A stretch of 64,000 nucleotides of DNA, taken from assembly GCF_009914755.1 (NCBI RefSeq), contig NC_060929.1. One strand, given 5' to 3'. Shown piece after piece: positions 1-16,752 of the stretch (the first letter of the stretch is position 1; each line of letters begins with the position of its first letter). The notes beneath the pieces are model-generated. The model did not search any database and had not been told where the DNA came from. It saw only the letters and a list, made by a program, of their open reading frames with translations. The translations under genes and the position numbers were made by a program. The DNA is from the human T2T-CHM13v2.0 reference genome, Homo sapiens.

Positions 1-1001
1 CCTTGGCCACATCCAAAACAGCCCCTAGGACCGCTGATTCTATTGCCTAAGTAGTTCTGAAGCTCCCACCCCATCCCCCACCTCCTTCTTACTGCTAAGG
101 CCTTAGTTTGAGCCTTCTAAATTCTCTTCTGCATGACTGCCATCGTTTCTAGACCTTCACTCTTATCCCTGCCCAATTCTTTCTCCAACCACTGTGAAGA
201 ATTTTTGTAAAATGCACACCTAGTCACTGGGCAGTGCCAAGTTCTCCCAGGCTACTTACTGTGGCACCTAAAGCCTTCTGCACCAGCCGCCTGTGCAACT
301 GTCAACCCTCACTGCCACTCCACTCACTGATTCTCAGCCTGATCTGTCCTCCTTTGTTTCTTTGACAAGTGGATTATTCGTTTTCTTCCTGTCCTCTGGG
401 ATTCCATGTTAGACTGGCTGCTGACTGGCCTGGTCTGCCTAAAATCACAGACACTTTGCCACTTACCTCTCTAACCTAGGTGAAGGCCAGGGGCCTCCCT
501 GTTCTGGCTCTGCTTAAACCCCTCTGTTTGGGTTGGGGCGCATGATGTCCCGTCACCTGATGTAGTTCATCCAATCCTCTTCTTGAGTGAAATCAAAATG
601 GATTAACATAAACATGCATCTTCAATGAAAATAGATGGCTTGAAATGAAATCTATGTTAATCAATACTAAGATCCATCAAAAACACAGGCAGAAAAGCAC
701 CAAGACAGCACTAGAGTAAATGCTGCTAAAACATAAAGACAATACAAAGAATGTAACACATAAGGATAATTAAGTTATCCTTATAAACAATACTGGAGAT
801 GCATTCTAGGGTATCAGTTATTTCTGAGGCTAAGTGTTGCCCAAGGAACTTAAGACTATTGTCTGCATCCTGTTTGTTTTCCAGGCCCCGGGCTATTCCT
901 ATCCAAAGACATGGATATGACAAGGCCCTGCCATCAAGGTGCCTGCAGACTAGTAGGAGAGTCTGGTAGGAAAATAACCATATGATAAAAATGACAGAGG
1001 C

Positions 1002-3065
<2,064 letters not shown>

Positions 3066-5229
3066 TCATGTGTCCCTGATGACACAAGTAAGGAATTACC
3101 CCCAAAACACAACTCTTCCATATAAAGACCCAGAAACTCCTGAATTTCTTAAAAGTTCTAAAGGCTGAATGGACAAGCCCTTTCTAACCAGTTTTCAACA
3201 CGCAGCATGAGTCTAATAGCCTGGTTACATCAGCCAAAAGCGTCAGACATAGAACGCCACCCACTCCTTCCAAACTACATACGACCAACAACCTCTGGGC
3301 ACTCTTCCGAGCTTCTTGTTCATGCTTTATCGCCAAGGCCTAGAAAAGTGAATGCAAACAGTTAAGAACCGGCCCTACATTCTTGCTGTCTCTGCCTCCG
3401 AGACTCAGGAGCCACTTTTCAAGAGCCGAGACAACTCGTTAGAGAGGAGCCGTGGCCTGCTCTGGCCGAAAACCCCTTCCTATTAACAGACTGCAACTAG
3501 CCCGGAACGACTTTCAATTTGCAGAGTCCAACCATATTCCACAAGACAATCTACCACCTCAAGGTTCACGCGTGGATTCTACACCTTAAATCCTTGGATA
3601 CTGTCTTTGATTTGGAGATGAGCAAAGAAAGGAAACAAGACAAGAGAAAGTGACAAAATGCTTACCAACCCAGAACAAAGAGTACCTAGGAGGGGCAAAA
3701 TGTACAAAGGAAAGATGGGACTAAGGAACAGAGAAGTGATATGCAGATGAGAAGAGAATATGGTTTGTGTTCTAGCTACTGTTGCATTTGTCTTATGAAT
3801 ATTAGGAATGTATATGATTAACGTGAGTTGGTTCTATTGCTTAAATATAGAAATAAGAATGAAAGGTGATTTTTCCTTAAAGTAAAAAACTGAAATAGAA
3901 CATTCTCATGCCAAGTAGTGGAGAAGAGATTTCTAGTTGTCGTAGGGGAGGAGGTGAGCAAAGGCGATACTAAAAGGGAGGCTGATTTTCTGAATCAAAC
4001 CCGGCAGGGACTGGCTTGGAGTCATTGACACAATTAGTCTATTAGGCTAGTGTAACACTAAATATAGGGACAAGTCTCAGAAGGGAAGAACTACTTACGT
4101 CTTATTTGTTCTTTAAACACTCTACATCAGTGATTTTGATAACGACTTGTCATATGTAACAATCTGCCAATAACTGGTTGAGTTAATGTAAAAAAATAAT
4201 TTTCTAACGGCTGTTTAGTTTCTTCTGTAAAAATCCCTACCCTAATACACTGTATTGAGTATACCATTGTTTGAAGTAACAACAAATTGGAGACAACCCA
4301 AATGCCCCCGAATAGATCTAAGAAAGGACAGAACATCGAAAACATCCAAACAATGGCCCATCCAATACTTACCACAGCTCTGTAAAACAAAACGAAACAA
4401 AACACAACTTCTGTGTTCTGACATGTAGAGACCAGTAAGATAAAGTGAAAGAATCAAGGAGTTAGAAGGATTTCTATCACCTGTGTGAAAAAAGGGGGAA
4501 CTAACTAGTTATATTTGCCAGTATTTGCAGAAATTCGGAAAAGATACAAAGGAACAAAAGTGGTTACCTAAGAGGGTAGGGCCTAGGAAGATACCTAAGC
4601 GGGATGGGAAGAAATCTTTCACTGGTAACTTTTTATATTTTTAATATCCCAGCCATATGAATATATTACATATTTCATATTATTATTTTTTTTAAGCCTT
4701 GAGCTTTCACAAAGAAATGCTCCTGCTGGCCAACTACTTTAAATGTCTTAGAGCAGCACACCCAGCCCTGGCATTCCCCAGTGATCTTTTCCGTCCCACC
4801 CCTGGGTTCCCGCAGGCTGTCCCCTGGGTCTAAGAAACTCTTCGACCTTCCTCTCCCTACCTAGTTAACTCCTTTTCTGCTTGCAGGAACACGCGGCAGG
4901 TCGCCTCCTCCCCGGTGCACCCGTCTGTATGCAGGTGCGCTTCCCCAGATGAGGGCTAGGACGCACCTCCGGGGTCTCTATTCACACCTGCAGCGGGAGC
5001 TTATCATCATCACTCACCGACCAAAAAAAAAAAAAGAAAAAAAGGTGGGGGGGTGGGGCGGAGGGGAAGAAGGTCGAATCAGATCACCCCTAGAGGTCTC
5101 TCTGCCCTCGCAATCACTCTCAAGTCCTAGAGTACCAAACTTAACTGCAGAGGGAGCACGAAATGGTGGGTATTTTGAAGCGCTAATTTTTAGGGATCCC
5201 CTCCCATCCAAAACAGGGATGAATAGTTG

Positions 5230-6210
5230 AGGAACACCGGAGCGGGGCCCTGGCCCTTCTCGGAACGTTGAGCAGACCTAACATGACGCTGGTCCGTTCA
5301 AACGTCGCAGTTGTGGCCCACACAGAGCCCAGTCTGTTCCAGGGGCGCGCCCTGCACCCCTCTGCCTGCCCGAGGTCTTCCCTCCCCTCCGCTCCCCAGA
5401 AACGCACCCACTGAGACATGTGCGGGGAGGGGGCACGCTTACTCCCACATCCCGCCCGAGACCCGCGGAGCAGCCAAGACCCGGCCAAAAAGGGGAGGGC
5501 GTGGCAGGCAAGGGCCGGGGGCGGGAGCGCGGGCGGCCGCGGACTCACGTACTGGCTGTGGCGGCGCCGCGGGAACCCGGCCGCCAGCGGGACAAAAGCG
5601 CGGACCGCACGGCCGGAAGAACCCGCGCCGGCCCTGGGGCACTTCCGCGCCCTCTCTGGGACGCTGGAGGACTGACTCGATGGTCCGGGCCGACGGCGCC
5701 GGCGGGAGGGAGGGAGGGGAGCGCCTCCTCGGCTATTTATTGAGGACCAGCTGCAGGGCGCGCGCTCCAGGCGCGGCCAGGAGGCCGTGGGCGGGGCTTT
5801 CTGTTTCCGTGCCCATTAGCTTCTGGGGTAGGCTGGGGGAGGGGCACAGGTAATAAAGTAAATACCTGCCTACCTGGTTCCTGAACACGTGATTCATTGC
5901 CAGGTGTGGGTGCGGGGACGTTCCCGGAAGTGGGGGCCTGGCGGGAAATGGGGGAATCCGGGAGGGGCGCAGGACAGCGCTGGGCTGGGGACCCATTGCC
6001 TTCTCAGCTGGTTGGGGGCTGGCCCGAGAGCACCAGCCCTTCCTGGTCGTCAGCACCAGAAGCGCCCCCGGTTAGGCACTGGGGATGCGGAGTGGGAGCG
6101 CGCCCCTGGAGCCGTCCCTGGGACCGGGCCACGCTCCCACCCGGGGCGCCAGCTTGGCAGCGACCTCGCCCCCTGCCCACCCCACCGCCGGTGTCGGCTT
6201 CCAAACCCAG
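5230..6210. promoter_or_regulatory. CpG island / housekeeping-type promoter
   Basis: Very high GC and CpG density against CpG-poor flanks; ETS/GABP motifs CACTTCCG (5640) and CCGGAAGTG (5924); GC boxes such as GGGCGGGG (about 5789). Confidence 0.9.
5549..5650 (-). other. ZFP62: First exon of a minus-strand gene, probably ZFP62 (TSS approximate; main coding exon outside the window)
   Basis: Minus strand reads GCCGCCACAGCCA|GTAC|GTGAGT, i.e. two donors inside the CpG island. The gene name rests on recalled synteny about 38 kb upstream of BTNL8, not on coding sequence. Confidence 0.65.
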
Positions 6211-7289
6211 GGCCTAAAATGACTTTGAAGACCTTTTTTTTTTTTAAATTAATGTTTGTGGGTACATAGTAGGTGTCCCTATTTGTCGAGTACGTGAGAT
6301 ATCTTGATACAGACAGGAATGCAATGCGTAATAATCATATCAGGGTTAATGGCGTGTCCATCACTTCAAGCATTTATCCTTTGTGTTACAAGCAATCAAA
6401 TTATATTCTTATTTTTAAATATACAACTAAGTTATTGGCTATAGTCAGCCTTTTTTAAAAACAGCAACATCTAAATATTTTTCATATTAAGTTTAAATAA
6501 TTGTAAAGGCTATATTTTTGGCATGCTGTTAATATTAAGAACAAAATTGCTTTCAAGTGTATCCAATGGAATCTAAATCCCTGAAGATTTGGTATTATCC
6601 ACTTTTAACAGTCATAAGTTTTACAACTTTTAGGGTTTTTTTCCTTGAACTTTTATGTCCCTCACCGGCTTTTTATTCTACTGTAAAAATATTTTCATTC
6701 TATGTGCCTCATTGAATTTTATCCTAGTGTAAAATAGTTCTATGCATTGTTTTATTGTTTATTGTTTATCCTAGCATATATGTCCGTAACGAAAGTAGAT
6801 TACATTTTTTCTTAGTGTTATTTTCTGGATTATTAGCAAAATTATATAAATATTTCAAAATGTTTACTGTTAATTCTTAGACAAAAAGTGAAGTGCTTTG
6901 GAAGCACAACTTGTAATGAGATGGATTTTGTTTTACAGCTCAAATTATTTATATTATTTGAATGAATTTTACATATTGCTGGGGTGAGCCGGTGTTTGGC
7001 ATCAGCTCGACGCCTATTTTTCATTTTTATACATGTGGGTGCTGAGACACTGTGTTCACTCAAGTAGAGGGAATGGGCGTTTCATTGTAGCAATAAGACC
7101 CTTGACGGCATTTGGGCTTCACGCCACAACCCCACCCACCTCGAAGAACGTCTGGGCGAGTTAGCAGGCAGCAGCGACTCCTAAGGAGGAGCAGAGCCCC
7201 AGGCCCAGGTCTGCAGCTTTAGGTGAGAGCCCCAGAGCGAGCAGAGGATTGGGAGTTAGAGCTGCCCCCAAAGGATAGTGAGACACATG

Positions 7290-8385
7290 CAGCTGTTGAG
7301 CACTTGAAATGTGGGTAGTGCTGCTGAGGATCTGAATTTTTAATTACATTTAATGTAAATAGCCACATGTGGCTAATGGCCACCTTATTGGATAGCACAG
7401 CTCTAGAAGGAGCTTCAGGTGGTCCTCACAGGCCTCCAGAATTAAAGCTGCCCTTAAAGGTTCATGGTAGGCAAAGACTGGGTTTTTACCTCTAGGCAGC
7501 AAGATAGAAAAATATTCATATCTGGGTTGGAACACTTCGCTCAATGAAAGGTGGTGTGTGTGTGGAAGGGATTATGGGAAACCCACATAAATCATCTTGA
7601 GTCAGATGCTTTTTATTTTATCTTATTATTTATTTGTTTTGAGACAAGCTCTCACTTTGTTGCCCAGGCTGGAGTCAGGGTGGCATGATTATGGCTCCCT
7701 GCAGCCTCGATCTCCCAGGTTCAAGGGATCCTCCCACCACAGCCTCCCAAGTAGCTGGGACTACAAGTGCATGCCACAACAGCCCCACTAATTTTTGTCT
7801 TTTTTGTAGAGATGGGGCCTCACTATGTTGCCCAGGCTGGCCTTGAACTGCTGGGCTCAAGTGATCCGTCTGTCTTGGCCTCTGAAAGTGTTAGAATTCA
7901 GGCGTGAGCCACCGTGCCTGTCGGATCCTTTTGATTTTAGATGACGGCTTTTCCTCCTTGAGCCTTGTTATATTGCAGGCACCTTTCATTTGGCCTGTGT
8001 CTACATAACACACACAGACAACAGACACAGACACAGACACAGACACATGCTTGCCTTTCTAACACTTTTAGAGATATCTACACATCAGAGCTGAGTTCAG
8101 TAGGGCAGTCATTATTCACATGTAGCTTATGGTAGTCTGAATTGAGATGTGCTGTAAATGTAAAATCCACACCACATTTCTAAGACTTAGGAAAAGAGAA
8201 TGTAAACTATCTTATTAATAATTTTTAATGTTGATTACATGCTGAAATAATATTTTGACTATATTGGGGTAGATCAAATACATGGTTGCAATGAATTTTA
8301 CCTGTTTCTTTTTACTTTAAATGCATCTAGAAGATCAGAAGTCACATACATGGCTCACAGTACATTTCCATTGAACAGCACTGCT
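7290..8385. mobile_element. hAT-Charlie MER3 (about 7290-7405) and MER33 (about 8086-8385) remnants flanking an AluJ (about 7630-7925)
   Basis: Characteristic AGCCACATGTGGCTA...TATTGGATAGCACAG and CATTGAACAGCACTG ends. Confidence 0.6.
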
Positions 8386-8544
8386 CTAGGAGGCCAATAG
8401 GTGCAGCAGTGAGGTTGTCTGGGTTTGCTCTTGCTTTGCTGGCTCATCTACCTCCCTTTGGAGTGGTTTAAGTACAAATTAATGTTGAGCTAAGCCCATA
8501 GGGCTTAATTCCAACTCTGTGTTTAGCCATTGAATTTGGTCACA

Positions 8545-9758
<1,214 letters not shown>

Positions 9759-11740
9759 TTTTTCTATCACCAGTTTGTGAGTGTTTTTCAGATAGTGTCA
9801 TAATCATACTATATCTGTATTTTTATATAGCATTTTTACAAATAATATTATACATTAGCATTTTTCATGTTTTTACTCTCTGTGATATTCCATTAAACTA
9901 CAGTCTCCTTAACTATTCTGTATAACTCACAGAGGTTTTTTCTAAGTATGTCTTTTTTAAAAAATAAATCAGTGCTGTTTTAGATAGTAGCGTGCAGAAC
10001 GCTTTCATCGTATTTTCCTTGGAATAATTGACAAGAAGAGGAATCACTGGTTCAATAGACAGACATTTTTAAGAGTCTTAAAATAAGAACAATAGGGAAT
10101 TAGAAACACTAATAAGCTTAATAGGTAAACACTGGAAACAATCAGAGTAAAGAACTAGACAAGGTTGTTACTCATCAGTACTATTATTTCCCATTGCAGC
10201 TGGATTAAACAAAGAAAAAAGAAGTCAGAATATAAACATTGGAAAGCAGAGGTGTAATTGTCTTATTTGCAGATATGATTTCATTTTTGGAAAACTCACA
10301 AGAATTAACTTGAAAAAACTAGAAAAAACGAGAATGCTGTAAGGTGTGTTTTCAAAATTAACATATAGAAATCAAGTTTCCTTATATAGAAACTACAGTT
10401 GGAATAATGGAAGGAAAGACTACATTTACAATAGAAACAAACAAAAGACCAAATGCCCAGGAATTCATGACTCACGTGCAAGACCCATATGAAGAAAATT
10501 TACAGTGCTCCTGGGGACATAGAGGATGAACTAAACTTATGGAAAGATTCTTGGATGTTCCATTCACATGAATGGAAACACTTGACATCAGAACAGTCAT
10601 TTCTTGTAAAGTATAATTGTCATGATCCTGATAAAAGCTAGCAATAGAATCTCCTTTGGCAACCCACAACTGATTCTAAAGTTCACATGGACAAATTTAA
10701 CAGACTCTTGCTTATTTCTAGCTAGAAAATGCCTATAAAAATATGAATGACGCAAGGCACTATTAAGGCACGTTAATAATTAAGCTGGTATAATTCTGAG
10801 ACATACATATAAAGTCTAGAAATAGACCTAAACAGTCATGGGTATTCGGCATCTGGTAAAGCTAGCATTTCAAACTAGTGGCAAAGACAGAACAGGGACA
10901 GCTGGGAAGCATTGGGGAAAAAATGAAGTTGGATTCAAACCACAGCCCTTACACCAGGATGAATGCCAGGTGTATCTAAGACTGAACTGTGAAATGCACA
11001 CACACCAACCATCCTGGCAGCTGCTCCCACTTCCATAAAATTTTACAAAGAAAAAAAAAAAACTGCAGGAGATTGCTTTGCTCATATTGGACTGAGGGAG
11101 GGTTTTTGTTTTCTTTCTTTCCTTTTTACTATAACGCAAAATCCAAAAACTGTAAAAGTAAAGATAGAGCAATTCAAACACATAGAAATAAAATACTTCC
11201 GTGTGGCAAAACCACTACAAGAAAAGTAAAAAAATCAAATGACTAACTGGGAAAAAATATTTGCATGTTATATCACAAAGGGCAAATTTCCCTGATACAC
11301 AGAGCTTCTCCAAAATTGAAAACCTGAACAACCCAGTGGAAAAATGGGCTCACAGGAAAGCTTATACAAATGATTCAAAATAAAAAAGAATGCAAGCCCA
11401 AACTACATGGAAATACAATTTTTCTCTTATTAGAATGGCAAAGATCCTGAGTTTGATCCACGCTGTGGTGGTGACAGCATGGTGGGGAAAGCACTCTTCC
11501 CCACTGGTGGGGTGTTGACGGACCTCACCTCCAGGGAAGGCAGCGTGCGGTGTGGATGGACGTGCACGTACTCTTTGCCGCAGCAATTCTCCTCTACGAG
11601 TCTACCCTGCTGGTATAGTCACACACTCATGAAATGGTGTGTGAAAAGGTTATTCACAATAGTGTGTCTAAAGTAAAAGATGGAGAAAACCTAAAGGTCC
11701 AAACTAAAGACGTGATTACATAAATTATTGTACATTCACG

Positions 11741-12109
11741 TGTATTAGTTTTCCAGGGCTGCTGTAAGAAAGTACCCCACACAATGTGGCTTAAATAGGA
11801 ACAAGTTATTGTCTCACAGTTTTGGAGGCTAGATGTCTGAGATCAAGGTGTCAGCAAGTTTGGTTCCTTCTGAGGCTGTGAGGGAGAATCGGTTCCACGT
11901 TTTGTACCTAGCTGCTGGTGGTTTGATGGAAATCCTTGGTGTTCCTTTGGACGGAGACCACCACTTCTCCTGTTGTCCTTCCCAGCTTCTCCCCAACCTC
12001 CCCTTTTCCCTAGTTTATAAGACAGGAGAAAAGGGAGAAAGCACAGAGTTGGAAAGAAACAGAAGATAGCGAGACGACCTTGGCGCCACCACCTGGCCCT
12101 GGTGGTTAA

Positions 12110-12151
<42 letters not shown>

Positions 12152-12723
12152 CCCTGACCAAAACTACTGGTGTTATCTGTAAACTCCAGACATTGTGTGA
12201 GAAAGCACTGTAAAACTTTTTGTTCTGTTAGCTGATGTGTGTAGCCCCCAGTCACGTTCCTCACGCTTACTTGATCTATTATGACCCTTTCACGTGAACC
12301 CCTTAGAGTTGTAAGCCCTTAAAAGGGCTAGGAATTTCTTTTTCGGGGAGCTCGGCTCTTAAGACGTGAGTCTGCCGATGCTCCCGGCCGAATAAAAACC
12401 TCTTCCTTCTTTAATCCGGTGTCTGAGGAGTTTTGTCTGCGACTTGTCCTGCTACACTTGGCTTGTGGACACAGCACCCAGTCTCTGCCTTTACCATCAC
12501 ACACAGCCTTCTCACTGCATGCATGCCTGTGTGCAAATTTCTCCCTTTTTTAAGGAGACCAGTTATATCGGATTAGGGCCCTAAACTACTCACTCCAGCA
12601 TGACCTCGGCTTAACTAAATACATCTGCAATGACTCTGTTTCCAAATAAGGTCACATTAGGAAGTATCTGGGGTTAGGACTTCAACATACGAATTTTGGG
12701 GGAACACAGTTCAACCCATAACA
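11741..12723. mobile_element. MLT1B/C-like MaLR LTR, interrupted by the LTR2B-like insertion
   Basis: TGTATTAGTTTTCCAGGGCTGCTGTAA start and CAACCCATAACA end. Confidence 0.7.
11948..12456 (+). mobile_element. Solo LTR, LTR2/LTR2B-like (HERV-E group)
   Basis: Starts ...GGAGACCACCACTTCTCC and ends GAGTTTTGTCTGCGACTTGTCCTGCTACA; AATAAA at 12391; internal (AAT)n; splits an MLT1 element. Confidence 0.75.
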
Positions 12724-13812
12724 GCATGCAATGTACTACTTTCAGCCATAAAAAAGGAAGAGGGGCCTCTTTATAAAATGGTATGGGAAAATCTCCAAGA
12801 TGCATGTGAAATAAAGAAATCAATGTGCCAAGCTATGTTATAATTTGCATAAGAAAGGGTGAAATGAATGTGTACATATTTGTGTATGTTCATAAAAATG
12901 TTCCTGAAAGTTCACACCAGAAACCACTAACCGGGGCTGTCGGTGAGGAGGCACCTGGGTGGCTGGAAGAGAAGGGTGGGAAGGAGAATTTTCAGTGCAT
13001 ATCGTCTTTATACTCCTGCATTTTGAACCACGAGAATATAGTATTTATTCAAAAATTATATGTAAACATAAATAATCCTAAATTGCATCAGATTGCTAAA
13101 CTACTACTTCAAGAAGGAGTATTTCAATTTATAAAGTTTCCAACTATAAGTAAAAGCTCTTTACTCACTCACCTCCCCAGGATTGGGTTGTGGCAGGTTT
13201 GTTTTTTCTCTAAATTTGTAGGCAGCAAATAGTGTCTGGTTGTTTAATTTTCTTTACCCTTCTATCATGTGTGTCACCCAATTGAGCCATCTCTCCCAGG
13301 GACTGCCTGTCCTGTCCTTAGATCAAGTCTTTCGGTACCTTTTGTAGAGTTTGTGTCCATTGTGGGAACACATTCTTTATTAAAGAAGTTCACCTTTTGA
13401 ATTGGCCATCAATTGCTGTTCTCTTTCCTGCTTGCCCTTTAACACCAACAATTTCCTTTCATCCCTCAAGCTTTACATGGATGTGTAAAATCTGTGTGGC
13501 AGGTGGCGCTGTTGAGCTGGAAGGGACCGTGGGATGAATCTGGAGAAACCTGTTACCAGAGGCTCTTAAGGGATAACCCACAGTCCCTGGGAAAAGGTCT
13601 AGAAGGAGCAAGCAGCCTCCTACTGTTATCATTTCTGGGTCCTGTGGAAAGGGAGATGTCTGTGTCAGGAGTTCTGACTGACACTTACATCTAAAATGAT
13701 AATCAACAACAGCGAGAAATTTTATGGGGCTTATTCTGTGCCAAGCACTCTTCTAAATGCTTTATATATATAGATACATTGAATCTTCTCAACAGCCCTT
13801 TGATGAAGGCAC

Positions 13813-13877
<65 letters not shown>
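13813..13877. repeat. Compound (TG)n(TA)n microsatellite inside a MIR-like element
   Basis: Directly visible. Confidence 0.95.
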
Positions 13878-13882
<5 letters not shown>

Positions 13883-16691
13883 TACATATACCTGTTCTAC
13901 AGAAGGGGAAACAGAGAGGGAAAGCAAATTGTCCCAGGACACACAGCTGGTAGTTTTGAGGCTGTGATCTTTGACATCTTTGAAATGCTCTGGCCTGGGC
14001 ACCTGCTGGTTCAAGCCCAGCTGCTTGTTCTCCTCCTGTAGATATATTCATCTCTGGTTGTTGTTCACAAGCCACAGAGTGCCAAGACCAAGCAGGAGGC
14101 TGTTAGGACACCACCCTTACAAGCCTCTGCCAACTTGGCAGAAGGAGGAAATTTTTGTTTTAAAAGAAAGAGAACTGGATGTCCTCTTGTACACATGGAT
14201 TAACTCACAGTTTCATAAGACCTTGGGAAAGGAGAAAATCAAAGGAGCTGTCTTTCCCTAATTTGGACGGAGAGTTGGTGAAAAATGGCACCTGCTCCAA
14301 GGTATTTTCTTGAATCTGTGTTGGGCTCTGGGTTTCTTATGGGACTGGGCAGTTGTGTAATCTTTGGTCTCTGCTCCCTCATCTGGAATATAGGTAATAA
14401 TAATACCTACTTCACAGAGTTGTGAAAATTAAATTAGCATATGTAAGGCACTTAGAACATACATATTGATATATTGAATCTTGTCAATAACCCATTGATG
14501 ACAGCACTGCATACATCCCCATTTTACAGATGGGGGAACAGAAAGGGTAAGAAAACTGTCCCAGGACTCACAGCTGGGCAGTCTTGAGGCTCAGATCTTA
14601 TGGCGCCATACAGTATGCACTATCTGAGTTTTCATGATTGGTGTTGCTGTGGTCACACTCCCGGAGGTACTGTGTCTTCCTGAGGGGAGTGGATCACCTT
14701 TCTCTATCTCCCTGGGAAGCGGAAGATGTTGGGGCGGGATCTGAGGACTTGAAAAGTGCAGCCTTAGCTGGGTCAGTGGTTGACCCCTCCCTCTCTCTGG
14801 GTCTGGCTGTGTCGGAGTCCAGAGAAACACTGAGGGAGCAGGTCAGGAGATGGCAGGGAGTGCCCCGTAGGGGCCCCACGAGACTGCCCAGGGTCTGTGG
14901 GTGTGGAAGGTAGCCTGTGGCAGGTTATTCTCCGAACAGTAGCTCTTCTGAAGCATGATGGTCTGGTTGTGACTGGACTAAGGGAAAATTACAAGAAAGG
15001 CTTACGTTCATATCTGCCTGTGTGGTGCGCACCAGGGTCCCGAGTACAAAGCACTGTTACTAAACTGGAGGAGACAGCAGTGTAGACACACACAATCTGG
15101 ACTGGCCCTGGAGGACACATGGAATACCTCAAAGACCCAGCAATGCTAGAAAAGCGCAATGGTGTAGTCAGCATAGTTAGACGAGGTTGCAGTAACAAAT
15201 ACACCCTCCCTCCCGGTGGCCTAAGACAAGAAGGTTTATTTGTTCTTCACGTAAACTTCATTGTAAGTCAGTTTGCTCTCTTCTGTCTTGCAGCCATAAT
15301 ATCTGGAATGTGTGGCCTTCAGAATTGCCACTGTAGAGAAGAGAAGGCTGGAAGACCCCATGGGATGCTTTAAGGGCTAGGCCCAGAAGTGCAATTACGT
15401 CATTTACAACCACCTCTCTTTGGCCAGAACCAGGTCACACAGCTCCGTTCTAACTGCAAAGGAGGCCAGGGCTTAGAGGATCTCGTGGATATTTGGTGAA
15501 TACTGGCAGTCTTGCCATAGTCAGGAAACTTCAAAAAGGGGAAAAGATGCCCTATGGCCACACTCCACTCTGGCCCACAAGCTGGCATCATCCAATGACG
15601 TGGCCGATGTGGCCTCATTTGTTGCGTGGGCTGGCAAAACCCATATTCAGGTTATACAGGAATCCTTCATTAAAGTTTAGAGGTCCTTTCTCCTCCAAGG
15701 CCCAGTTCTGTTTTTTTTAAAATTAATTTTAAAATATTTTTCCCTTTGATCTTTTAATTAATGAACTATTACCATATAACAAATTGCCCCCAAAACTCGG
15801 TGGCTTAAAACAACAAACATTTATTATTTCACAGTTTATGTGGGCTAGGAATTTGAATGCATATTAACTGAGTGGCTCTGATTCAAGGTCTTTGACGAGG
15901 CTGTACTGAAGGTGTGGACTGGGGTTGCAGTCATTTGGAGAAATAGCCCAGTTGGAGTTGGAGGATTTGCTTCCAAATTGGCTCGTTCCCGTGGCTGCTG
16001 GTGGGAGGCCTCAGTTTCTCATAGTACAGGTCCCTCCACAGGCCTGCTTGAGTGTCCTCATGGCATGACAAGTGATCCAAGAGAGAGGGTGACACTGGAC
16101 CATGGCGCTTTTTATGCCCTGGTCTCTGAAGGTGCACACCGTCGCTTTTGCCGTATGTTACTCCAGTAGAAGCAAATCACTAAGTCCATCCCACACTCAA
16201 GGAAAGGACCTAAACTCCAACTCTTCAAAGCAGGAATATAAAAGAATTTCTGGAAATATTTTCAAACTACAACAGTCTCCCTTGAATTTATTTTGGAACG
16301 TGAGTTTCCATTCCCTACGAAGAACTGATTGCCCCATTACCATTTACTCATTTAACTTCCCCATTGAACTAATTTATCGTATTAAATCATTATCTAGAAA
16401 AGGGCTTGTCATGGGCCACCTATTTAGTTACATTGACCTGTCTGGCTATTGTCATGTCCAAGTACATTTAAATTTTTCAGAGGTCATAAAACTTTAAGCC
16501 AGACCACAAGCTCCCTAGTAGCACAGCCTGTAGACATATAAGGGATTATACTATGTTGTATTAAGTGCAGGGTCTTAGCACACTATGAAGTGTACATATG
16601 AAGTTGTACTGCCCTTGAGGGCAGTAGCAACTCGACTGACAGAGGCTCTGCCCGAAGCCAGGCAGTGATCATGCTGAAGGTCAGGCCAACG

Positions 16692-16693
<2 letters not shown>

Positions 16694-16751
<58 letters not shown>
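16694..16751. repeat. Perfect (GT)n microsatellite, about 28 units
   Basis: Directly visible. Confidence 0.95.

Positions 16752-16752
<1 letters not shown>

Larger units (their letters stand above)
9990..13070 (+). mobile_element. Ancient L1ME-like 3' region interrupted by MLT1 and an LTR
   Basis: A-rich degenerate ORF2-like sequence (for example TTGTCTTATTTGCAGATATGATT at about 10260) and 3'UTR-like remnants. Confidence 0.55.

Noticed and set aside
4949-6269. Many overlapping 60-180 aa ORFs in the CpG island
   Set aside because: Expected from stop-codon scarcity in GC-rich DNA; no recognisable domain.
11450-11640. GC-rich patch resembling a structured RNA gene
   Set aside because: No match to RNA families I recall; it appears colinear with the surrounding L1ME-like 3' sequence.
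13703-14075. ORFs with YIYIYI / HTHTHT runs, also at 16583-16780
   Set aside because: These are microsatellite translations.
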